Below are positions 12,087 through 20,492 of a stretch of 44,197 nucleotides of DNA, piece after piece. Under the pieces are notes generated by a model. That model did no database searches. It worked only from the letters and a program-made list of their open reading frames with translations, and was not told the DNA's origin. The stretch's first letter is position 1, and each line of letters opens with the position of its first letter. Source of the DNA: Hydrurus foetidus. Taxonomy: Eukaryota. Both the position numbers and the translations under genes were made by a program. Location: the NCBI GenBank assembly GCA_900617105.1, contig UYFQ01000600.1, positions 372,001-416,197 of the forward strand. The letters are read 5' to 3'.

Positions 12087-12884
12087 CTATTTACCCCGCG
12101 CCACGAACCAGCCGTTGCGGAAGCCCTGATCGGCCTTGCCATAGACGAACGCCCCGCCGTCCGGCGTGGTGAACTGGCCGCCGGCCGCGATCAGGATCGC
12201 GTGGCCCGCCGCCGTGTCCCATTCCATGGTCGGGCCATGGCGGGGATAGATGTCGGCGCTGCCTTCGGCGATGCGGCACATCTTGATCGAGCTATCCATC
12301 GCCGTGCGCAGGTCAAAGCCGTACTGCGCCGCCAGTTCGGCCGCGCGATCTTCCTTCAGGGTATGGCTGACCAGCGCCACGGCCTCGCCCTTGGGCCAGG
12401 CGCGCACCGCCGCCGGAGCCTCGGGGCCGCCGGGCGCCAGACGCTTGAGCACGCCGTCCGAGGTGGTGAACCAGGCCTCGCCGGTGGCCGGGGCCACGAT
12501 CGCGCCCGCCACGGGGACGCCGTTCTCGATCAGGCCGATATTGACCGTGAAATTGGGATCGCCGCGCACGAAGGCCTTGGTGCCGTCGACCGGATCGACC
12601 AGGAAGAAGCGCGGGCCGATGTCCTCGGGCGCGCCAAACTCGCTGGCGTCTTCCTCGGAAACGGTCGGCACGCCGGGGAAAACCTCGGCCAGACGCTTGA
12701 GGATCAGGATCTCGCCGGCCCTGTCGGCCTCGGTCACCGGGCTGGAATCGGCCTTCTGGACCACGTCCAGCTCGGTCCGCCAGAACGGCAGGATGACCGT
12801 GGCGGCCTCCTCGCAGATCTCGGCCAGGGCGCGGCCCCAATCCGCGAGAGGCCGGGCAGCCAGAGGCAGGTCGGAAACGCTCAT
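12087..12884 (-). CDS. cysQ: 3'(2'),5'-bisphosphate nucleotidase
   Basis: KADSSPVTEAD, VSEE, FLVDPVDGTKAF, FTVNIGLI, SSIKMCRIAEG, IYPRHGPTMEWDTAAGHAIL. Confidence 0.93.
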   Translation of the reverse strand: MSVSDLPLAARPLADWGRALAEICEEAATVILPFWRTELDVVQKADSSPVTEADRAGEILILKRLAEVFPGVPTVSEEDASEFGAPEDIGPRFFLVDPVDGTKAFVRGDPNFTVNIGLIENGVPVAGAIVAPATGEAWFTTSDGVLKRLAPGGPEAPAAVRAWPKGEAVALVSHTLKEDRAAELAAQYGFDLRTAMDSSIKMCRIAEGSADIYPRHGPTMEWDTAAGHAILIAAGGQFTTPDGGAFVYGKADQGFRNGWFVARGK

Positions 12885-12898
12885 TCAGGATCCTCTCA

Positions 12899-13084
12899 CT
12901 AAGACCCTCGGGGGTCATCGCCGACATAGACGAGCGTCACGCGCTGGGTGTTGATCGTCTGCTTGCCGGCGTCTTCGAAATTGACGGTTACGCGATGGCC
13001 GATCACCGACTGCACCTGTCCCAGACCCCAGTCGGGCTGGTCGGGGTGGCGCACCAGGACGCCAGGTTCGAGAAACGGATCCAT
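12899..13084 (-). CDS. DUF3553 small protein
   Basis: 61 aa MDPFLEPGVLVRHPDQPDWGLGQVQSVIGHRVTVNFEDAGK; divergent from chpT, the usual alphaproteobacterial context. Confidence 0.85.
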   Translation of the reverse strand: MDPFLEPGVLVRHPDQPDWGLGQVQSVIGHRVTVNFEDAGKQTINTQRVTLVYVGDDPRGS

Positions 13085-13149
13085 AACGCAGCTCTGATAA
13101 GCCGCGCGCCCGGTTTGCCAAAGCCTCAAATCACGCCAGAGTCCGCACC

Positions 13150-13821
13150 ATGACCGACACGCCCTCGCAGCCCGCCCCGAGCACCCCCGCTGACGTCAGC
13201 GGGCCTGACTTCGCCGCGATGCTGGCGGCGCGCCTGTGCCACGACTTCATCAGCCCGGCCAGCGCCATCGTTTCGGGCCTGGACCTGCTGGACGATCCGT
13301 CCGCCCAGGACATGCGCGAAGACGCCATGAGCCTGATCGCCTCGTCGGCCCGCAAGCTGGCCGACCTGCTGCAGTTCTGCCGCGTGGCCTTCGGCGCGTC
13401 GGCCTCGGCCGAGGCCTTCGATTCGCGCGAGCTGGAAAAGCTGGCCCAGGGCGTCTTCGACCATGTGCGTCCCACCATGGTCTGGGCCATCGAGTCGCAG
13501 CCGATCAACAAGGCCGCCGCCCGGGCCCTGCTCAACATCGCCCAGCTTTCGGCCAGCGCCCTGCCGGCCGGCGGCGTCGCCACCCTGAAGGGCGTCACGG
13601 CCGAGGGCCGGTTCCTGATCACCGCCGATTCCGTCGGCCCCCGCGCCCGCCTTCGTCCCGAAGTGCTGGCCGGCCTGCGTGGCGAGGCCCTGACCGAAGG
13701 TCTGGGCGGACCGTGGGTGCAGGCCGCCTATCTGCACGCCCTGGTGCGCGCGGCCGGCGGTCAGGTGGCCGTCGAGGCGGCCGAGGATCGCATCAGCCTG
13801 GCCTGCTGGGTGCCCGCCTAG
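13150..13821 (+). CDS. chpT: Histidine phosphotransferase ChpT
   Basis: LAARLCHDFISPASAIVSGLDLL H-box, LQFCRVAFG, degenerate CA domain, PWVQAAY. Confidence 0.95.
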   Translation: MTDTPSQPAPSTPADVSGPDFAAMLAARLCHDFISPASAIVSGLDLLDDPSAQDMREDAMSLIASSARKLADLLQFCRVAFGASASAEAFDSRELEKLAQGVFDHVRPTMVWAIESQPINKAAARALLNIAQLSASALPAGGVATLKGVTAEGRFLITADSVGPRARLRPEVLAGLRGEALTEGLGGPWVQAAYLHALVRAAGGQVAVEAAEDRISLACWVPA

Positions 13822-14013
13822 AACCTTTCTTCGCCTCACGTCGTGAGGCTTAGAAGGGCTCTTGATCAAACACTAGAGCGTGGCGGACGCCGAAACCGCT
13901 GACACTTTCGGCTGCCACGCTCATGCGCACCGGAAAATTGACGGTTTATCGTTAAGACACACGGCTCCTTAACCTCGACGCCCGACGATGGCCGCCTGGG
14001 ATTGGAGCATGCC

Positions 14014-14379
14014 GTGAAGACCTGTCTGGTGGTCGACGACAGCCGGGTGATCCGCAAGGTTGCCCGCCGGGTCCTCGAGGACATCGGCTTTGAGATCGCC
14101 GAGGCCGCCGATGGCATGGAGGCTCTCGCGTGGTGTCGCGGCGCCATGCCCGACGCCGTGCTGCTGGACTGGAACATGCCCGTGATGAACGGCATCGAGT
14201 TTCTGCGCCAGTTGCGCAACGAACCGGGCGGCGATTCGCCCACCGTGGTGTTCTGCACCGTCGAGAACGACGTCGATCACATCCGCGCCGCGCTCGAGGC
14301 CGGCGCCAACGAATACATCATGAAGCCGTTCGACGGCGAAATCATCGCGGCGAAGTTCGCCGAGGCGGGCCTGCTTTGA
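14014..14379 (+). CDS. cheY: CheY-like single-domain response regulator
   Basis: GTG start; KTCLVVDDSRVIRK, LLDWNMPVMNG, FCT, YIMKPFD. Confidence 0.9.
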   Translation: MKTCLVVDDSRVIRKVARRVLEDIGFEIAEAADGMEALAWCRGAMPDAVLLDWNMPVMNGIEFLRQLRNEPGGDSPTVVFCTVENDVDHIRAALEAGANEYIMKPFDGEIIAAKFAEAGLL

Positions 14380-15218
14380 CCCCCGAAGACATGGAACTGC
14401 TGGCCGCCCTGGGTCGCGCCCGCGCCGGCCTCAAGGTCGATGTCGACAAGACCTATGTTATCGAGAGCCGCCTGGGGCCACTGGCCCGGCGCGAGGGCTT
14501 CGACTCGATCGAGGCCCTGATCGCCACCCTGCGGTCCAAGCGCGAGGAGCGCCTGATCTGGGCGGTCGTCGAGGCCCTGACCTTCAACGAGACCAGCTTC
14601 TTCCGCGACCGCGAGGTCTTCGCCCATCTGCGCGACCACGTGCTGCCGACCCTGTCCAAGACCCGCCGCGACCAGCCGATCCGCATCTGGAGCGCCGCCT
14701 GCTCGACCGGCCAGGAGGTCTATTCCCTGGCCATGGCCACGGGCGACAGCCGCGACATCGAGCCGGGCGCCAAGTTCGAATTCTTCGGCTCCGACCTGTC
14801 GGAGCGCTGCCTGGAAAAGGCCCAGAGCGGCCTCTACACCCAGTTCGAAATCCAGCGCGGCCTGCCGATCCAGCAACTGGTCAAGCATTTCGCCAATCAG
14901 GACGACACCTGGGAGATCTCGCCGCGCATCCGCCAGCTGGTGCGCTGGAAGCGGATCAACCTGCTCAGCGACCTGTCGCCGATGGGCCGGTTCGACGTGA
15001 TCCTGCTGCGTCACGTCCTGGAGGGCATGGAGCCTTCGGTGCACGGGCGGGTCATCGAAAGCCTGGCCGCGCGCCTGGCCGACGACGGCGTTCTGGTGCT
15101 GAGCCCGGACGACCACCTGACCGGCGCCGCCGCGACCCTGCTTTCAGCCTCCGATCAGCCCGGCGTCTTCGTCCGCAGCGCGGTGGACGCCCCCGCGCAG
15201 GACGTAGCCGCCGCCTAG
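14376..15218 (+). CDS. cheR: CheR-type protein-glutamate methyltransferase
   Basis: TTG start overlapping cheY stop; ESRLGPL, NETSFFRD, RIWSAACSTGQEVYSLAM, GLYTQFEIQRGL, NLL..FDVI. Confidence 0.88.
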   Translation: MTPEDMELLAALGRARAGLKVDVDKTYVIESRLGPLARREGFDSIEALIATLRSKREERLIWAVVEALTFNETSFFRDREVFAHLRDHVLPTLSKTRRDQPIRIWSAACSTGQEVYSLAMATGDSRDIEPGAKFEFFGSDLSERCLEKAQSGLYTQFEIQRGLPIQQLVKHFANQDDTWEISPRIRQLVRWKRINLLSDLSPMGRFDVILLRHVLEGMEPSVHGRVIESLAARLADDGVLVLSPDDHLTGAAATLLSASDQPGVFVRSAVDAPAQDVAAA

Positions 15219-15271
15219 AGCGCCGGCCGCGTCGCGTCATCCCGGACGGCCTTGGAACCGGCCAGGCAGCA

Positions 15272-15301
15272 AAGCCCGCCGGTCGGTGGGACCGGCGGGC
15301 T
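15272..15301 (-). terminator. Intrinsic terminator hairpin between convergent cheR and entericidin
   Basis: GCCCGCCGGTC-ggtgg-GACCGGCGGGC 11-bp stem; TTT follows on the minus strand. Confidence 0.7.
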
Positions 15302-15323
15302 CGCTGCAGACCTTAAGGCCTGA

Positions 15324-15460
15324 CTAGTTCTTGGCGTCCTTGGCGGTGTCGGTCACCGCCTTGCCGGCCGACGAGACGTCCTTGCCGCGCCTTCGACGGT
15401 GTTGCAGGCGGCGACGGACAGGCTGGCGGCGATGGCGGCCAGGATGATCAACTTGCGCAT
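15324..15460 (-). CDS. Entericidin A/B family lipoprotein (1-nt deletion near 15388)
   Basis: Manual translation MRKLIILAAIAASLSVAACNTVEGA/GKDVSSAGKAVTDTAKDAKN*; lipobox plus CNTVEG.GKD signature; GGAGA RBS; absent from the ORF track. Confidence 0.88.
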
Positions 15461-15511
15461 GGTGTTCTCCGGTGTTTGGCCCGATGGGCATGGAACCTGT
15501 TCGCTTCAGAG

Positions 15512-15536
15512 AACGCCTCCGGCGAAGCTAGGTTCC
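15512..15536 (-). promoter_or_regulatory. SigT/EcfG promoter of entericidin gene
   Basis: GGAAC-ctagcttcgccggagg(16)-CGTT on minus strand; overlaps the phyK stop. Confidence 0.85.
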
Positions 15537-17225
15537 GGGCAAAGGTGGCGCTTGCGGAGTCGGGAAAATCAGCCGCACCAGCAGGCCGCCGTGGGGGCTG
15601 GTCTCAAAGCTCACCGTGCCGCGAAGCTGACGGGCGAAGGCGTTCATCAGGGTGCGGCCGACCCCTTCGCCCAGCCCCTCCGTGGCGCCGGGGCCATCAT
15701 CGCCGATCGACAGCTCGGCCTCTTCGCCGCGCACGCTGAAGTTCACCGACAATATGCCGCCCCGGCCAGCGAAGGCGTGCTTCTGGGCGTTGGTGATGGC
15801 CTCGACCGCGAACAGGGCGATCGGGGCCAGGCGGTCGGGATCGATGACCAGGGGATCGGCATGCACCTCGGTGCGCACCGTCCCCGAGCTCGAAATCTCG
15901 CCGACCAGCAGCTGGCCGGTCAACTCTTCCAGGAACGGCCGCAGGTCGACGCGCTTGAGGTCGGGGCCCTGGTAGAGGGCGCGATAGATCTGGGCCAGGG
16001 CGGTGATGCGCTGGCGGGTGTCGTTCAACGCCGCCTTGGCGGCCGGATCGGTCAGGGCCCGCTGCTGCATGTTCAGCAGCGAGGTGATGATCTGCAGATT
16101 GTTCTTCACCCGATGATGGATCTCGCGCATCAGCGCGTCCTTCTCGGCCAGGCTGTCCATCAGCGACGCATCGCGGGCCACGATCGCGCCGGCCATGTCG
16201 TCGAGGGTGGCGGCCAGCTCGCGGATCTCGGGCGGGCGCGCTCGGCCTGCAGAGGTCGCACCGTGAAGCGGCCGCGCGCATAGATCGCCGCCACGCGCTG
16301 CAGATAGATGATCCAGCGGATCACCGCCCGCTCGGCGGCGTACAGCACCGCGCCCAGGGCCAGGCCAAAGGCCATCAGCGGCAGGATCAGGCGCGAGATC
16401 GGATTGATCCAGGCCCAGGACAGCAGGCCCGGCGACGGGGCCGACAGCAGAACGAAGACGCCGCTCTCGGTCAGGGGGGCGGCGGAATAGACCCGGCGGC
16501 GGTTCTGGCGATCCTTGCCCGACCACAGCACGGCCCCGCGCGCACTGGCCACGGAGCGCCAGCCCGGGGGCGGAGTGTCGAAGGCCCGGTTCAGTGGAAG
16601 CGAAGACCGCGCCGTGCGAATCGGCCAGGGCGATCTCGGCGCCTTCGGGCATGAAGCGGTTGGCGGTTTCCAGGCGCAGGCTGCGCAGGGTCAGCACCGC
16701 GACCATGGCCCCGTCGAACCGGTCGCCCGGACCGCTGGCCCGGACGGCGGCCAGAACCGCAGGTTCGGTCGCGTAGGTCGCGCCCGGCGCGCTGGCCACC
16801 ACCAGATCCGACCCCGCCGCCAGCTCGCGGAACCACAGCCGTCCGGCCCGCGTGGGGTCAGGCGGGGTGGTCGCGGCGGCGCAGACCACCCGGCCGCGAG
16901 AGTCGAACCGGACCAGATTGGCGTAGCCCGGCAGGCGGGCCCGCACATCGGCCAGACGCTGGGCGCATTCCAGGCCTACAGAGCCCGGGCCGAGTGTCTG
17001 GAGCAGAACGCCGGCCGCCTCGATGCGCGCGCGGGCGATGGCCGCACTGCGTCCGGCCGCCAGTTCCAGGCTCTGCCGGCGCAGATCGGCCTCGGCGCGG
17101 AACGCGAAGATCGACTGCAGGCCGCCCAGCAGCAGGACCGGCAACAGGGCGATAAACAGCGCCGCCGCCAGCCGGACGCGGATTGAAGTGAAAGTCTCCG
17201 CGCCACGGCTTCTGAAGGATCTCAC
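15528..17225 (-). CDS. phyK: HisKA_2 membrane sensor kinase of the GSR locus (PhyK); internal frameshifts at ~16245 and ~16555-16590
   Basis: TM-periplasmic-TM-HAMP layout, EIHHRVKNNLQ, EAITNAQKHAF, DDGPG, GVGRTLM; directly downstream of sigT. Confidence 0.82.
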   Translation of the reverse strand: MRSFRSRGAETFTSIRVRLAAALFIALLPVLLLGGLQSIFAFRAEADLRRQSLELAAGRSAAIARARIEAAGVLLQTLGPGSVGLECAQRLADVRARLPGYANLVRFDSRGRVVCAAATTPPDPTRAGRLWFRELAAGSDLVVASAPGATYATEPAVLAAVRASGPGDRFDGAMVAVLTLRSLRLETANRFMPEGAEIALADSHGAVFASTEPGLRHSAPGLALRGQCARGRAVVGQGSPEPPPGLFRRPPDRERRLRSAVGPVAGPAVLGLDQSDLAPDPAADGLWPGPGRGAVRRRAGGDPLDHLSAARGGDLCARPLHGATSAGRARPPEIRELAATLDDMAGAIVARDASLMDSLAEKDALMREIHHRVKNNLQIITSLLNMQQRALTDPAAKAALNDTRQRITALAQIYRALYQGPDLKRVDLRPFLEELTGQLLVGEISSSGTVRTEVHADPLVIDPDRLAPIALFAVEAITNAQKHAFAGRGGILSVNFSVRGEEAELSIGDDGPGATEGLGEGVGRTLMNAFARQLRGTVSFETSPHGGLLVRLIFPTPQAPPLPGT

Positions 17226-17838
17226 CGCTGGGAGCTCAGTCGCTCCGCGTCGGCCAGGATCGAACCCATCGCATCACCCGCCGATCGGCCGTCGCGGTCG
17301 TAGGCGCCGGCTTCCAGGATCGCCTGCAGCGCCGTCGGGCGCGGCTGACGCGGCTTTTGACGGTGCCGACGGCGCAGCCGCAGATCACGGCGGCTTCTTC
17401 GTAGGCAAAGCCGCCGGCGCCGACCAGGATCAGGGCTTCGCGTTGCTCGGCCGGCAGCATGCCCAGGCTCATGCGCAGCTCGTCCAGGGCGACAGGGGCC
17501 TCGGGGTCGTCCACGGCGACCAGGGTCCGCTCGGCGGCGTCCTGGTCGAGCTGGCTCTGACGCCAGGAGCGGCGCTTTTCCGAATAGAACTGGTTGCGCA
17601 GGATCATGAAGGTCCAGGCCTTCATGTTGGTGCCCAGCTGGAAGCTGGCGCGCGCGTCCCACGCCTTCATCATGGCGTCCTGCGCCAGATCGTCGGCGGC
17701 GGTGGGGTCGCCCGTCAGCGTGCGGGCAAAGGCGCGCAGATGCGGGATCAGCGTGACAAGCTCGCGCTTGAACGCATTGTCGCGCGGCGGGTCAAACGGC
17801 GACCGGCCGACCTGAGCTTCGGTGTCCGCCATGCTCAT
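17222..17838 (-). CDS. sigT: ECF sigma factor EcfG/SigT (frameshift near 17335)
   Basis: IPHLRAFARTL, ADDLAQD, GTNMKAWTFMILRN, LPAEQREALILVGAGGFAYEEAAVICGCAVGTVKSRVSRAR; tail in frame 17222..17662. Confidence 0.95.
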
Positions 17839-18020
17839 TCCTTGCCCGCCGGCTTGTCGGCCTTGCGCAGGATTTCAAGGAATTCGTCGGGCACCGGCTC
17901 GTTGACGACCTCGTCGAACATCTGGCGCAGCTTCACGCCGATGGCCTGTTGACGCAGGCGGGCTTCGTCGAGCGCCGCGGCGCCTTTGCGGTGATCTTCC
18001 ATGGGTACGTGTTCGATCAT
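17835..18020 (-). CDS. nepR: Anti-sigma factor NepR
   Basis: QQAIGVKLRQMFDEVVNEPVPDEFLEIL NepR motif; overlaps the sigT start. Confidence 0.93.
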   Translation of the reverse strand: MIEHVPMEDHRKGAAALDEARLRQQAIGVKLRQMFDEVVNEPVPDEFLEILRKADKPAGKE

Positions 18021-18084
18021 GTCCTCGACGCCGAAATAACGCAGCGCCCGCCCCCTTTGGCCGAATGTGTTTCTGCCAGACGAC

Positions 18085-18109
18085 AACGCGGTTTTCCGTA
18101 TCGGGTTCC
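18085..18109 (-). promoter_or_regulatory. SigT promoter of nepR-sigT
   Basis: GGAAC-ccgatacggaaaaccg(16)-CGTT. Confidence 0.9.
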
Positions 18110-18148
18110 AAAAGCTTGGGCATAGGATGGCAAAATTCTGCAAACGGC

Positions 18149-18173
18149 GGAACCGGCTTCATAAGGCGGCGTT
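18149..18173 (+). promoter_or_regulatory. SigT promoter of phyR
   Basis: GGAAC-cggcttcataaggcgg(16)-CGTT. Confidence 0.9.
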
Positions 18174-18247
18174 TAATACCCTGATCGAATGGCCCAGCTT
18201 GGCCATGGAATCGCGTTTTCCACGAAGACACCGCATCGGGAGGGGTC

Positions 18248-19046
18248 ATGAGTCTTCTAGCCCGGCTGGCGCCGCATCTGCCTTACATACGCCGCTACGC
18301 CCGCGCCCTCACCGGCGATCAGAACACCGGCGATCACTATGTCCGGGTGGCGCTCGAGGCGCTGGCCGCCGGCGAGCGTGCCCTGGATGCCGACCTGTCG
18401 CCCCGCGTCGCGCTCTATCGCGTCTTTCATGCGATCTGGCTGTCCACGGGCGCTCAGCTTGAAGCGCGCCAAGACGACAGCGGTTCCGCTGTCGACGACG
18501 CCACGCAACGCCTGATGCGCATCGCGCCGCGCTCGCGTCAGGCCTTCCTGCTCACCGCTCTGGAAGGCTTCACGCCGACCGAGGCCGCGCAGATCCTGGA
18601 GTGCGCGTTCGGCGACGTCGAACGCCTGATCTCCGAGGCCCAGACCGAGATCGACGCCGAACTGGCCACCACCGTGCTCATCATCGAGGACGAACCGGTC
18701 ATCGCCGCCGACATCGAGGCCCTGGTCCGCGAGCTGGGCCACGACGTCATCGCCATCGCCGCCACCCGCACCGAGGCCCTCGAGGCGGTGGCGCGCATCG
18801 CCCGGTCTGGTGCTGGCCGATATCCAGCTGGCCGACGGCTCGTCGGGCATCGATGCGGTCAAGGATATCCTGGCCCGCCTCGACGTGCCGGTGATCTTCA
18901 TCACCGCCTTCCCCGAACGCCTGCTGACCGGCGAGCGTCCGGAACCGACCTTCCTGATCACCAAGCCCTTCCAACCGGAAACGGTGAAGGCGGCGATCGG
19001 CCAGGCGCTGTTCTTCCATCCCCGGCGCACCCGCAAGGCCGCCTGA
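18248..19046 (+). CDS. phyR: Anti-anti-sigma response regulator PhyR (frameshift near 18800)
   Basis: Sigma-like domain HLPYIRRYARALTG..RQAFLLTALEGF plus receiver IIEDE / LADIQLADGSSG..FITAFPERLLTGERPEP..KPF. Confidence 0.95.
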
Positions 19047-19065
19047 TCGATCTGCCCGAAACGTC

Positions 19066-19094
19066 AACGGCCGCCCGAAAGGGCGGCCGTTTTC
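19066..19094 (+). terminator. Intrinsic terminator after phyR
   Basis: AACGGCCGCCC-gaaa-GGGCGGCCGTT then TT. Confidence 0.85.
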
Positions 19095-19120
19095 GTCTGG
19101 GCGTCAGGTCGGAAAGCCGA

Positions 19121-19387
19121 TCAGCCGGCCGGCGTCTGGCGGGCCGGGCTCTGCGGGGTGTCGTAACGGGCAGCCTCGGCCGGGGTCTTGGCGCCGTTGT
19201 TGTGCTCGACGGCGGCCAGATCGTCCGCCCGGAAGCCCCAGGCCCCGAACAGCGCCAGGGCGGCCAGCACCGTCGACACGATCAGGATCCAGAAGATGTG
19301 CTGTCCCCACCGGCCCTGACGCACGCGCGTGGCGTTGAGGCGGGGGGCGTTGAGGCGGGTGGCTTGGAAATCACTGTCGGCGGGCAT
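19121..19387 (-). CDS. Small single-pass membrane protein (88 aa), unknown function
   Basis: AAGGAGAG RBS; RQGRWGQHIFWILIVSTVLAALALFGAWGF TM segment. Confidence 0.75.
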   Translation of the reverse strand: MPADSDFQATRLNAPRLNATRVRQGRWGQHIFWILIVSTVLAALALFGAWGFRADDLAAVEHNNGAKTPAEAARYDTPQSPARQTPAG

Positions 19388-19406
19388 GTCGCTCTCCTTG
19401 GCAAGG

Positions 19407-19568
19407 TTACTGGGCGGGGCCGAACGCGAGCATCTCGATAGGCAGGGGCCGGGCGTTGAAGGCCTGGACGACGCCCGCCGACACGGCCACCACGGCGATC
19501 ACCATCAACGCCATGAGCCGCGTTCTGGCCGTTCTCTGACGGCGGCTCGGCGCCGTGTAGAAAACCAT
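19407..19568 (-). CDS. Small 53-aa membrane/secreted protein, unknown function
   Basis: MVFYTAPSRRQRTARTRLMALMVIAVVAVSAGVVQAFNARPLPIEMLAFGPAQ; basic N-terminus plus hydrophobic helix; downstream of a SigT promoter. Confidence 0.55.
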   Translation of the reverse strand: MVFYTAPSRRQRTARTRLMALMVIAVVAVSAGVVQAFNARPLPIEMLAFGPAQ

Positions 19569-19649
19569 TCCGCCGTGTTGGGCCTGATAGCTCCGGATCA
19601 TGACGCGCCCGCCTCGTTCGAATACGGCCCGCTTGGCCGTTGCCCAAAC

Positions 19650-19674
19650 AACGTGCGCCACCCTGCGGCGTTCC
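19650..19674 (-). promoter_or_regulatory. SigT promoter for the two small ORFs
   Basis: GGAAC-gccgcagggtggcgca(16)-CGTT. Confidence 0.8.
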
Positions 19675-19731
19675 CTCCGACGGGCTGCGGTCGGACCTTC
19701 AACCCTCTGGCGAAAATAATCGCGCCGGTCC

Positions 19732-19756
19732 GGAACCACAGTCTGGCGATCGCGTT
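19732..19756 (+). promoter_or_regulatory. SigT promoter of sRNA
   Basis: GGAAC-cacagtctggcgatcg(16)-CGTT, with no plausible + strand CDS downstream. Confidence 0.85.
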
Positions 19757-19762
19757 TTCTCT

Positions 19763-19875
19763 TTGCGGAGGCGGCGACGCCCCCCCGACTTGAGGTTGGC
19801 GCAAGCCAGCCTGCCGCCTCCGCACCCCCCCCTTCAGAGATGACGTCCAGGCGGACCGCCACGCGGCCCGCCTTT
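19763..19875 (+). ncRNA. gsrN: GsrN-like SigT-dependent small RNA
   Basis: Starts ~7 nt after -10; 12-bp stem TGCGGAGGCGGC/GCCGCCTCCGCA enclosing a C7 tract and GGTTGGC-gcaa-GCCAGCC hairpin; second C-tract; terminator AGGCGGACCGC-cac-GCGGCCCGCCT-TT. Confidence 0.75.
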
Positions 19876-19955
19876 CCGTCGTGCGGCGCGCTTCAGCAAG
19901 AACCCGCCCCCGGTCGAGGCCGGAGGCGGGCGGTGTCCGGCGATCCGCCAGAGGC

Positions 19956-20408
19956 TCAGGGTTTGCTGATCTCAAAGACAATATCGGCCCGGCGACGCAG
20001 CGGCGCCGAGGCGCCGGCTCTTGTCGTGGCGCCAGCGTCGCCGGCGGCGGCGACATCAAACTCCGCCTTGCCAAGGCCCGCCCGGATCAGCGCCTTGGTG
20101 ACCGCCTCTGCGCGGCGCCGAGACAGCTCCATATTGGCGTCAGGCGCGCCGACCGCGTCGGCCAGGCCCGTGATGCGGGCCCTGTCGACCTTGCAGCCGC
20201 GCGTCATGGCCCCGGCGCTCTTGAGGACCGACCGCGCCTCGCGCGTCACCCGGGCCTGATCCCGCTCGAAATAGATCGAGACCTGGAAGTCCGCGCAGGC
20301 CGGCGGCAGCGCCTCGATCGAGGCGCGGGTCGGCCTCCCGGGCGCGGACGCGCAGCCCGCGAGCATCAGTCCGGCGCCGAGCGCCGCCGCGGTGATCTTG
20401 AGGGTCAT
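19956..20408 (-). CDS. OmpA-family (peptidoglycan-binding) lipoprotein
   Basis: Lipobox LAGC; IYFERD, ITGLADAVG..NMELSRRRAEAV, RRRADI. Confidence 0.88.
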   Translation of the reverse strand: MTLKITAAALGAGLMLAGCASAPGRPTRASIEALPPACADFQVSIYFERDQARVTREARSVLKSAGAMTRGCKVDRARITGLADAVGAPDANMELSRRRAEAVTKALIRAGLGKAEFDVAAAGDAGATTRAGASAPLRRRADIVFEISKP

Positions 20409-20435
20409 GGCGCCTCGCCTTTTCCTGAACGTGCA

Positions 20436-20467
20436 AAGGGGCGACCGACATCCGTCGGCCGCCCCTT
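20436..20467 (-). terminator. Hairpin terminator after glycine-zipper lipoprotein
   Basis: AAGGGGCGACCGAC-atcc-GTCGGCCGCCCCTT, one mismatch. Confidence 0.6.
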
Positions 20468-20492
20468 GGGTTTTCATCGGCGCGATCGTTCC

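Noticed and set aside
11211..12902. 563-aa ORF suggesting an EamA fusion
   Set aside because: Frameshifted EamA tail reading through a repeat and antisense cysQ
13952..13974. CtrA box upstream of cheY
   Set aside because: Two TTAA half-sites are 13 nt apart, not TTAA-N7-TTAA; half-site binding possible but unsupported
17222..19046. Programmed frameshifting or phase variation in sigT/phyR
   Set aside because: No slippery heptamer or long SSR; the same indel pattern affects unrelated genes across the window
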